Shown: positions 31,001 to 38,261 of the stretch, one piece after another
How the letters are laid out: each line of letters starts with the position of its first letter
Position numbering within the stretch: position 1 is the stretch's first letter
Virus record (IMG/VR): IMGVR_UViG_3300037484_000235
Location: 160,001-224,000 of that record
Strand: one strand, 5' to 3'
From: a virus
Lineage: Duplodnaviria; Caudoviricetes
Length of the DNA stretch: 64,000 nucleotides
Position numbers and translations under genes: made by a program
Notes under the pieces: generated by a model
The model's input: only the letters and a program-made list of their open reading frames with translations
Databases searched by the model: none
What the model was told of the DNA's origin: nothing

Positions 31001-34000
31001 GGATGACGTGGTGCTTGTCACCCGGAATAATGTCCAACGCAAGATCGCTGGATTTATCCACTTCAAGGTCACTGCCACTGGCCTGTTCTCTCAACTGAGC
31101 GAGGCCAATCCGTTCTCCCGGCTGTTCCCTGAGCGCACGTCTGGGTTCACGACCCTCGGACCTGGACTCGACGGTGACGAGACTCTCGGAAACCCGGGTG
31201 TCTACTCGGCTGGAAAGTTCGGACTGGATCCCCTCGGGTTCCTCTTCGGGTCATCCTTCTCGTCTCGATCCACGACGGGAACTGTCATCGGAACCCTGGA
31301 GAATCCGGTCCTCGGAACAATCCAGAACATCCTGGGTGTCAAGGCCCGGGACCGTCTCGCGCGTGCTCGTATCTGGTCGTACTCTGCAACGGGATTCCCC
31401 GAAGTGGATGTGCTCTCGACGGGCCTCCCGAGCTTCATCGCAACCCCACTACCACTGGTGGACTTCCCCATCCTTTCGGACACGGGTCTTCCGGACACCT
31501 CGCAGCTTGCCTCACAGAGCATCACTCCTCTGCCAACAGGGTTCAACGATCTCCTCACCGGAGACCCTGACCTGCACACCCCACCGTTTGCCTCGGGGGC
31601 TCAGCTCGCACTCGGATACCCCAAGGGCAATGCAACCGAGCTTGGATATGCAGACCCCACAACCATCATTCCCGTGGGTGCGTCGTTCCGGTACGCTGGC
31701 GTCTTCGTAGACCAAATCCTCAAGGGGTGTGTCATCACCCTCAAGAGCAAGAACACTGCGGGGGCGGACGTGCCTGTCACGGATCCTACCCTGCTATTGG
31801 CGTTGACCGGGGCCATGTCGGGAGACCCCGTCAACCCAGAACGTGGCGACACTCTGTTTGTGGTCCCAGGAACAGGCAGCGTACTTCCTGTCACCGCCGA
31901 TCCACCAACGATTGCACAACTTCAATCGTTCACAGCGGCACTTCCAGGGTACCGCACAGGCACGGACTTCAACTACACGCCACGTACCGGTGAGATCACC
32001 GACGCAACACTCCCCTCGTTCTCAGACCCCACGATCTTCGGTCTGAAGGAAATCACGGGTCAGAGGCCACCATCCCCGCTCTCTACAATCGAAGCCCAAA
32101 TCTCATTTCAGAATGGGTCTCGGTTGCCTACTAGGATCCCCGCACTGGATGGTGACAAGACCCTGGACTCAGGGGACTACTCACTTCCATACTACGGGTC
32201 GACCTTGAACGAGTTGGAACTGTTGGGTGAAACTGCCACCCTGATTACAGGGTTCATTCGAGCGGACAGCCCAGACCCGGCCCCCGTCGCCGTCCCTCAG
32301 GTTCTTCCCTATACGACAGAGGCCGTTTTCCCAGATGAGACACTGGGAGACGCAGGTGTAGTCTCCACCAACTCTGCTCTTTTGGCGACTCTCTCCACCT
32401 TCGAAGACCTCAGCAGGAAGACAACTTCTGGTGCTTACCCACCACCTCCGGGACACGCTGGGGTAGGGGATGTGGAGCCCTACGATCTTGTACTGGTTCA
32501 GGCGCCCAACACAGCGACCCCGGGCCCTGCTGGATTCCCTGCGGGAGCTACTGGCATCCACTCTATCGCTGATATTTCTCTTGGAGCCCCAAATCAGGTT
32601 GATCTACCTCGATTCACGACGGCTGTTTCCGAGGGAACCAGTCTGAATTATGACATTGGAAACGCCATCGCGTGGGTGGACTTCCCAGCTTATGCCTCTG
32701 GGGTTGTCGTCAAGGAAGACACCAATCTAGTCCCCACCGAAACGACATTTGATATTGTCTCGGTGGGTGCTGCCAACATCGTCCTCGATGATGGGCTGGG
32801 TGGCGGACTACTCCCTATCCCCGTTGGTGGTTTGAACGATGTGTTCACCCTCAACGGAAAGGGGAGCCAACTTATCATCAAGCTAATTAACAAGGCAACG
32901 GGGCAATTCGTTCCTGGAAGTATCGTGACCGTCGAGAAGGATGCTTCTGGACCAAATATCCTTGCTTGTACCTTCCTTGTCTCTGGGGATGGTACCGCTC
33001 CTACTATCCCAGTGGCGGCGGGTGGTTTCTACTTCCTGCCGGACAAGATTGTCATCAAGACCACAGCCCCCGATGTGTTCTTTGATTTTGTCCCTTTTGA
33101 TCCTGTCGCTGTACCTCCGCCAGGGACTCAGTTGACCGATGGGTTCCATGACTTCGCCCTTAGCGTTCATTGTCTGGGTTCCAGTACTGGATCTGTTGGA
33201 CGTGACCGATTGACTTTCAACGATCACATTGATTTTAGGTCGGCTTTGCCCCGTGGATTCACCCACCCTGCGAACATCGCAGGGTCACTCATGGAATGCC
33301 AACTATCCACCTTCCGATTTGAGTCTACTGTCTACAACACAGTTACGGCGCTCATGACGACGCGGGCCAACTTCGCAAATGACATCCTTGCCATCAACGC
33401 TGGTGTGGCCTTCACGTTCCCCGCCCGGTCGTGGATTACACCCTCCGTCAACGGGGTGGGTACATTTGCGTTGGGTCTGGGTTCTCTTCGAGCGCTAGGA
33501 TTCGAGGGGCAGGGAAACGTGCCTATCGAGGCTACGGGGATCACGTTCACTGCTATCCCATCCTCTCGTCAGGACGACCTTGGTCCGATCTACAACAGCT
33601 TGATGGTTGTTGGAGAGGACTTGGGAGCTGGGGCCCCGTTCCGATTCACCAACGAAAACGGATTCCTCCCACTCGTCACCTACGAGGGTGATTTGAGCCA
33701 AATCCAATCGGGAGATATTGCGGTCGTCAAGGGCTTCGTGGATCCCACCCTCTTCCCAATGGTTTTGGATGGAAGCGGAAAGGTCGGAACCTACCTCATC
33801 CGTGCAGCGGTTGCACCCACAGTTTCGACGCCTGGCCACCAGCTCGATTTGACCATGACCCTGGGATCCACCGGGGACTGGATGGACTTCACCTTCCCAC
33901 AGGTGGTCAACTTCGACCCGCTCGGACCAGACCTCACAGTCACATCGCTTCTCCCGCTGCAACCCCTCCAGGATGTGACGGGCGGTATCATCCCCGCAAG

Positions 34001-36371
34001 CGCCGCGTTCCCAGCGGCCGGGCGTGTATACGTGATCTTGGACGCAACCGCTGTGGGGCTTGCGTCCAGTGCGGTCTCTGCGGCATATGCCTCTCTGAAT
34101 CTCGGGGGCAACACCTTCGTCAATCTCTCTGGATACCAAGATGGTGTCGGGGCTGCGATCACACTTGCTCAGTTCCAGACAGCAGTTACAGCGGGCTTGT
34201 TTGTCTCGGGCATGACGGTTGTGCCCGTATCCCCATATAATGATGATGTGCCGGTGAACTTGCCCGGGTACACATTCTGGCCAATACCCGTTCCGGGAAC
34301 CGAGCACTACTTTGGGTTCCGCACGGTCACCGCGACTCGGACTGGATCCGTTACCTATGATGCAGCTGCCCTCAATCTTGTGGGCGTAGCACCGGCTCCC
34401 GGCCAGATCTCAGCCTACTCGAAGGTAAAAGTGCCCTCCACTTCGTTCATACAGTTGAACGAGCCCGTCTACGACAACATCCCAGGTGCAATGGATCTGA
34501 CAGAGTTCAACTGGGCAGGCATTCATGGCGCGGGCCCCGCGTGCATGCTGCCCGGGGACATTTGGGATCTTGAGTACCACGCACGGCACGGAATATTTAT
34601 CGAGCCCTCGTTCCCGGTATCGGGCAACGACCTTGGCCGTGTAACTGCAAATGTCGTGGATGCGACGCACACTTTAACAGCCCCTGAAGTGGGTTCCCGA
34701 GACGCCGCAATCTACCTCCTCGGGGGCCCCCCTGGCGGTTCGTACTTGGAGTGGGCACAAGTCGAAGTGCGTCGTATCCGCCGGTTTCACCCACTGCTCA
34801 ATGAGCTGGTGAGCGCGTTCCTGAGACTCCGGTTCGTTTACGAGATTCGTCGGGGCATTGTCCAGACGTTTACCCTGTTTGGTAACACGGGGGTTTTGGT
34901 CGCCGAGCCTGTAGACACCCAGCTCGTCCCTTCTCCCCTGGTTGGGGGCACTGCAACACAAATGGGAGACTTCACGGATACCGATATGGGTATTCGGTCT
35001 GGGGATCAGGTCCGGTTCCTCGATTCTCTTGGGCGGGTGGTTTCTGAAGCGGATATCTTGGTTGTCGAGACGGACGGTAAGACACTCACTCTCTCGAAGA
35101 ACGCACTCACTCTAGTCTCTCCGGGAACTAGATTTGAAGTGTACCTGCGAACGGCGCCTATTCCCCATGAGCAGTCTTGCGCAGAACTCCTCGAACTCGC
35201 GACCGATCGTGTGCTCCTTGACCGGAAGGCAGACCTGGTCACGCAAGACGGTGGCAAGGTTGACTACATCGCAGACGCAAATCAGCAGACCGCCTACGAC
35301 CAATCGATCAACGTCCTATCGGACACTGACGGGGGCATCGACTTCACCTCCCTTGGGATCTTGCCGGGAGACATACTGGTCATCGACCCAGAGGGGGCTT
35401 TGCGCGGCCCCACAGGCTCGCCTGTGCCCCCCGAGAAGGGTTCCCGACCGTTTGGGGATGATGGCGTGCTTCCTCGCGGAGGGCCCGTCTACGTGCCAGG
35501 AAGCCCGTCCCGTACGGACGACAACCGTGGCTACTACAAGGTGGCGAGCGTGTCCCCGACTGAGATCGGGGTTGTGCCCCTTGGTGGGACACTTGCTGGA
35601 AATCGCGGGACCCCGGACGTGATTTTTGATTCCGCCTACGCGGTATACCCTACGGTGCACGGTTCCAATCTCTCGGGGGCTGGGGATGGCATCGAGGGAC
35701 AGATGGATCTGCGGCCTACGGCGTTTGCGGACGTGTCCAACTCGTTCCAAAGTGATTGGCTCTCGGTTGCCCCGTTCTCTTACAAGGTGATCCGCCCTAG
35801 CTTGTTCCTTACGGAAGAGACAGTAGAGCTGATCCTATCTACCCGTGAGCGAATGCTGTCCTGGATTGAGGAACTACAGGGGCTCTTTGAAGCTAACAAG
35901 AGCGGAACGTACTTCGAGTTCCAGCGTGATGAGCACATCTCGGATCTTGGAGATCCTTCGGATCCAGCCGATGGCCTGGGTGTTCTGTTTGATGCGTACA
36001 TCGCGGGTCTTGAGGGCCGTGTGCTCGTCAGCCCGTTCGCGAACACCTCGGATTGCCTGTCGGTTTTGGATCGTCGGTTCTGGGGCTTGGACTTCAGGCT
36101 CGATTACCTTCAGCCGCCGTTTGCTCCGCTCGACCCCCCATACAGCGACTTCGTGAATGGCGTCGGTCGCCCCGTGCTTCCAGACCGCATCGAAGAGGCT
36201 CTTCAACAGAGGGACCAACTTCGGGATTCCCGCTGGGCTTGGCTCTGCAACAGAGTGGACCGCGTGACCGGCACACTCGAAGCTATCCGGCGTTTTGAGC
36301 GGGAGATCCCTCGTCGCCGTGCTGAGCAAGAACGACTCCTTACGATGGTCAAGGGAACCAAGACGCCATGA
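25077..36371 (+). CDS. Giant (3764 aa) virion structural protein, probably baseplate/tail-associated
   Basis: Uninterrupted 11.3-kb ORF in the structural module, with N-terminal PxGIxSxExFG repeats and beta-rich composition. No catalytic motif was recognised. Confidence 0.7.
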   Translation: MSRILFEFFGADEVKPSSIASGEAFGTATIVFVVQPTGIASAEAFGAASVVLVVQPSSILSAEVFGAVQLNQTLYFTGIASAEAFGTTTFGSFIIPLGIPSGESFGILSLQPAHIQSAPALFDGYLLRGAKTSPTNATTSAPADSGVARDVTAIDAALYPSGQPALVEARGDQYRSAVLLGSTQAEQEFLVWAANTGTLTTLEGAAWAVSDGVGRIPQGSIPVLDTTSPTGQSTDGSSRVIVTDDGGRDIAGVVSITVVRGDSPTVYTLTLVGGDFSFVAGSGALNLLPTANTLAATQPVSPSAPAFSTVRGDQVTAISYWVAAARFWWTRNDTYAHRFGWNGATSKWEPYRGSAPHLLGKLSSDGREYTLDPRPTASVGSLLPGSSLGDSYAMVRLGPSPDATSYPVASRTVGDYSGILVVPDTLANTAYNFASTSPPLAGVLGAGAGKIVWNPALIQTYEGLDVWYIPRTFTEKSSGVIGTVLDAQTTALYLAPVPGPGERPIVRLGNRQPLTVLPFDTEAALSAATVLEGEVGFALSTGRIKLSTADILKADPGTRAVPNSSFDKLYLGAIVRYDGVTLNLYPQPLKAPVLLVDGAGLPVSSYDPAQEVFIPNAETLPALGASGILQVPDGLGNPPVVGAVAPRPGNSGLIRKLSSGIGDAILFTDGRAVTKITTVSFEDELPTDAFRVPGDVAYVALEKRAGTGSLVMFGSVPRKQLTGKPVYFRQGEFVPSGYADSARLFSRLQDTFVLDGTEILKFRVGAVSVTWVASPLGAGTWTAAQVAANINTAITITGAPGSCYVLSGRLVIAHNDLVNGLVSIGFGTNGIWDLTGCRALGFIPGWVASPPGGDQSATDLNWLPDYGGELGFYRSPRDIDGSQGLPDYQDKYRVDERTLTENINPVPYQFLDFPPREDIAGYDEGVFFTLSAAGAPGIAPVADMPLLPWVDVQYRFEDKKFAWLASGGSTGQILSPVAGINLGAAGIVPDSLIAPLNGFVRVSEGGPLQYLEPDVDFLLPNSGGTGEATLINRVGELKLSGARGHFTAGTSTLTDTSISFAGVSVGDRLKVISGDALGSYLVSSVPNPTSLVVSPNFLVGDAGKNVSYEVYQGVAPGVVDEALVADVVFQDFNHLASEPFEIRVLTRLGTAGGSLAPANASKDIERGRPIFARISQVGIDLPLTLLTQSDLGVVANGSLSVPTVGARFTSGAFNLRIGTQEFTQGIELLPVAAFSPSPANIEYINTGINAGDLKFSAALLDEYQSATVLYVETLLPAADLLSGQAEIDPDSGSLSLSQIDLTAGSGSPVYFVSQLSTEGTTDVTANPILGSFTFLANPIQASQLVEAVYYRAVPNSGDLFLDADGNPVQMREFLPLYIRAEVATRISSQLYAFNPTGRTVDQIVDPVVYTGSRQQTYGAPSGCSIDFNRNTISINSEVSEATNVTISYAVYEAFGGETSYSVSLPPVWRPPFRIDKNQTQFLLDTNRTSDLLAGKVLRVGSFTTYVRSATYDVISDTTLVTVFPSSVYGAGSLNPGVNALSLLTDRTVAVTVDPFGVPVSVPGSDPGFLPTMAQAFTLASTPHFETVTKGQVEIKFDGDLTQYAVAGHLLELFGKPFAIVKSVFSQDGRVTTVSVSSPFPEDFVWSSGLLDTAARISVRPIYPEGATQFLGAGGFLSSEPYEVVLFGETDDSGNTLPGRTLVSGQDYNFLEGNGSLAFIQPHQAGFAAGQKLLFARTDVQQIGPKMSLGHVQYPRVSSSFLYVDPPSAQNGREGGVLQGTYTFESPDAFYVRAVPLLTYVGEVSLDIQKEATAQDPAKGPTYSSGASKLNSDYGRMGLVSESQNLVDRDRAARTFLGFYNAVVSSFEQIEETLNGAFVGERDGKLRLYVGKGDPWVPPGYEDEITGALNPRVLWFDAWMSARQGLPTIRLIATDPVTDPLNTTTDANGRPVGSFQDSSGFHALTDYQDILIKNDVDDVVLVTRNNVQRKIAGFIHFKVTATGLFSQLSEANPFSRLFPERTSGFTTLGPGLDGDETLGNPGVYSAGKFGLDPLGFLFGSSFSSRSTTGTVIGTLENPVLGTIQNILGVKARDRLARARIWSYSATGFPEVDVLSTGLPSFIATPLPLVDFPILSDTGLPDTSQLASQSITPLPTGFNDLLTGDPDLHTPPFASGAQLALGYPKGNATELGYADPTTIIPVGASFRYAGVFVDQILKGCVITLKSKNTAGADVPVTDPTLLLALTGAMSGDPVNPERGDTLFVVPGTGSVLPVTADPPTIAQLQSFTAALPGYRTGTDFNYTPRTGEITDATLPSFSDPTIFGLKEITGQRPPSPLSTIEAQISFQNGSRLPTRIPALDGDKTLDSGDYSLPYYGSTLNELELLGETATLITGFIRADSPDPAPVAVPQVLPYTTEAVFPDETLGDAGVVSTNSALLATLSTFEDLSRKTTSGAYPPPPGHAGVGDVEPYDLVLVQAPNTATPGPAGFPAGATGIHSIADISLGAPNQVDLPRFTTAVSEGTSLNYDIGNAIAWVDFPAYASGVVVKEDTNLVPTETTFDIVSVGAANIVLDDGLGGGLLPIPVGGLNDVFTLNGKGSQLIIKLINKATGQFVPGSIVTVEKDASGPNILACTFLVSGDGTAPTIPVAAGGFYFLPDKIVIKTTAPDVFFDFVPFDPVAVPPPGTQLTDGFHDFALSVHCLGSSTGSVGRDRLTFNDHIDFRSALPRGFTHPANIAGSLMECQLSTFRFESTVYNTVTALMTTRANFANDILAINAGVAFTFPARSWITPSVNGVGTFALGLGSLRALGFEGQGNVPIEATGITFTAIPSSRQDDLGPIYNSLMVVGEDLGAGAPFRFTNENGFLPLVTYEGDLSQIQSGDIAVVKGFVDPTLFPMVLDGSGKVGTYLIRAAVAPTVSTPGHQLDLTMTLGSTGDWMDFTFPQVVNFDPLGPDLTVTSLLPLQPLQDVTGGIIPASAAFPAAGRVYVILDATAVGLASSAVSAAYASLNLGGNTFVNLSGYQDGVGAAITLAQFQTAVTAGLFVSGMTVVPVSPYNDDVPVNLPGYTFWPIPVPGTEHYFGFRTVTATRTGSVTYDAAALNLVGVAPAPGQISAYSKVKVPSTSFIQLNEPVYDNIPGAMDLTEFNWAGIHGAGPACMLPGDIWDLEYHARHGIFIEPSFPVSGNDLGRVTANVVDATHTLTAPEVGSRDAAIYLLGGPPGGSYLEWAQVEVRRIRRFHPLLNELVSAFLRLRFVYEIRRGIVQTFTLFGNTGVLVAEPVDTQLVPSPLVGGTATQMGDFTDTDMGIRSGDQVRFLDSLGRVVSEADILVVETDGKTLTLSKNALTLVSPGTRFEVYLRTAPIPHEQSCAELLELATDRVLLDRKADLVTQDGGKVDYIADANQQTAYDQSINVLSDTDGGIDFTSLGILPGDILVIDPEGALRGPTGSPVPPEKGSRPFGDDGVLPRGGPVYVPGSPSRTDDNRGYYKVASVSPTEIGVVPLGGTLAGNRGTPDVIFDSAYAVYPTVHGSNLSGAGDGIEGQMDLRPTAFADVSNSFQSDWLSVAPFSYKVIRPSLFLTEETVELILSTRERMLSWIEELQGLFEANKSGTYFEFQRDEHISDLGDPSDPADGLGVLFDAYIAGLEGRVLVSPFANTSDCLSVLDRRFWGLDFRLDYLQPPFAPLDPPYSDFVNGVGRPVLPDRIEEALQQRDQLRDSRWAWLCNRVDRVTGTLEAIRRFEREIPRRRAEQERLLTMVKGTKTP

Positions 36372-36601
36372 GTCCTGAAGAACTACGGCAAAAAATTGCC
36401 GCCTTGGGAATCGACGCAGACAACCCATCGTGGGGGAAGTCGGCGCCCACGGATCTTGGGAGGCTCCCAATCATCCAGAAGCAGCGGGACGCTCTTGCCA
36501 AGGTCAGAGATCTTCTTGCAGCCCAAGTACAAGGGGATGAGGCACAGATCCAAGCCTTGCGTGAGCAGCTGGCTAGACTTCACCGTGGCGGTGGGCAATA
36601 G
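36368..36601 (+). CDS. Small coiled-coil protein coupled to the giant ORF
   Basis: ATGA overlap with the giant ORF stop; helical heptads. Confidence 0.6.
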   Translation: MSPEELRQKIAALGIDADNPSWGKSAPTDLGRLPIIQKQRDALAKVRDLLAAQVQGDEAQIQALREQLARLHRGGGQ

Positions 36602-36788
36602 ACGCTTCGCCATACAGGATGAAGACTTTCGAGCCGTCTCCTAGATAGGCCCCTTCCGTCGCTTCAGCGATAAGGATGTGGTGATGTTTGGGAGGAAAAA
36701 CACCCCCCGGACGTCCTTCATGGAAGTGCACCTCAACAGATCCACCTACGCCGCGAAGAGCTTTACGGAGTTCTTTTACTGTGATCAT
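36573..36788 (-). CDS. Small hypothetical protein
   Basis: Likely start MITVKELRKAL at 36788, with a TGATG overlap with the DHH gene stop. Confidence 0.55.
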   Translation of the reverse strand: MITVKELRKALRGVGGSVEVHFHEGRPGGVFPPKHHHILIAEATEGAYLGDGSKVFILYGEASIAHRHGEV

Positions 36789-37627
36789 CAATCCCCCATG
36801 TGAAGATCCCAAGGAGGGTGTTCACTGCTGAATCCAGATGCATTCTTGTGGCCACCACCACCGAATCTCTTTGCAATTGTTGATACGTCGAAGTCTCCGT
36901 TTGAACGCATTGAGTACCTGAAGGTGCCATCACTCACCTGATTCCAGGCCACCGCAAAATAGTTCTTTGATGCCAGCTGGTTTACCAGGTCACTGATGAT
37001 ATTGCCACCAGCATTGACCACAGGCACGTCGGGGTACCCTGCGAACTTGCTGAGTACGGCATTGCGTTTGTAGTTGGCGATATCGATAGCTTTACTGCGC
37101 TCTATGGCCTCACCCGCACGGATGAGTATGTCGCGACTGTTTTCGCACGTGTTGACTAGCATTTGCCACAGCTCAAAATCCCCGTGAGCGTAGCTTGACA
37201 GCACCGCACTCACTGCATGTGAGTCTGGCAATGCCCACCGCCAGAGGTCCCTATCTTCGACATAGTTCACGAGTGTTGGACGTGGCTTTTCCGAGTGAAA
37301 ATAGTCCCATGCCATACCTGCACCACTTCGATGTTGATCGAAGTGGCAATAGTCGAGTTGGGCACAGGTCTCTTCCGCCGACTTGTGGTGATCGAGAACC
37401 ACACACGACTTGGCGAGACTGGTGTAGGAGAGAAGTTCTGGTAGCTGCGGGCAATAGTCGAGGATGTAGACTTCACGCCCAGCCACGTCGAATACCTCAC
37501 CTGATTGGTAGGTCGCTGGAAGGTATTCTGCGGAGTCGCCAAACTTGCGCCAGGCACACCACGCAGCGGTCCAGCCGTCGGTGCAGTTGGAGTGATAAAG
37601 GACGAGGATGCCCTTACGATCAGTCAC
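36788..37627 (-). CDS. DHH/DHHA1 phosphoesterase (NrnB/nano-RNase-like)
   Basis: YHSNCTDG, ILDY, LDHHKS, RSGAGMAW, YVEDRDLWRW and GGGGHKNASGF motifs. Confidence 0.85.
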   Translation of the reverse strand: MTDRKGILVLYHSNCTDGWTAAWCAWRKFGDSAEYLPATYQSGEVFDVAGREVYILDYCPQLPELLSYTSLAKSCVVLDHHKSAEETCAQLDYCHFDQHRSGAGMAWDYFHSEKPRPTLVNYVEDRDLWRWALPDSHAVSAVLSSYAHGDFELWQMLVNTCENSRDILIRAGEAIERSKAIDIANYKRNAVLSKFAGYPDVPVVNAGGNIISDLVNQLASKNYFAVAWNQVSDGTFRYSMRSNGDFDVSTIAKRFGGGGHKNASGFSSEHPPWDLHMGD

Positions 37628-37968
37628 TTGCTGTCGCTAATCATGAGCAGAAGAAGTGTGGAGAGTGAAGAATGCTCATCTTGAGTGGCTACATTGATAC
37701 GGCTCTGCATTCGAGCGGAGAGAAACCTGCTCAGCTTCTCTTTGCATTTGGCATCCATCTCAGGGGAGAACTCCATGAAGTCGTCGTCGTCCGTCTTCAT
37801 GAGCATGATTTCTACGGCAGGGTCACCTGGGCCCCCATCCCCCTCGTAACTCAGGGAAAGAGCCATCCCTACTGGGTGAAGGACTAGCTTGTTGATTGCG
37901 TATAGAAGACCATCATCCAGTAGGATCTTCTCTGCTTTTTCGAGTGAGACAGGGACGAGTTTGCTCAT
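37624..37968 (-). CDS. Conserved hypothetical phage protein
   Basis: GLLYAINKLVLHPVGMAL motif; coupled to the DHH gene by a GTGA overlap. Confidence 0.6.
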   Translation of the reverse strand: MSKLVPVSLEKAEKILLDDGLLYAINKLVLHPVGMALSLSYEGDGGPGDPAVEIMLMKTDDDDFMEFSPEMDAKCKEKLSRFLSARMQSRINVATQDEHSSLSTLLLLMISDSK

Positions 37969-38261
37969 GCTTCAACCATACACTCACTGCGATCCTTGCA
38001 GATGACACCAATCAGAACTTCTCTGTCGAGACTGGCTTGATTAGGATTCCTCTGACGAGAAGGATTTGCGAGAATAGCTGCGAGCAGTTCTCTGCCTTTG
38101 GGTGTGATTTTCGTTCTGGGATTCCAGATTTCCATAGGGTGTATTACGCCTTTTCAGGGTGCTGCGTAGAGCAGATTCCGCGCCAACGATGGGGCTGCCC
38201 ATACTGACGCGCCTCAAAAGTGCGTCTGTGGCGGTAGAGTCCCTTTGATTCACGGGGTACA

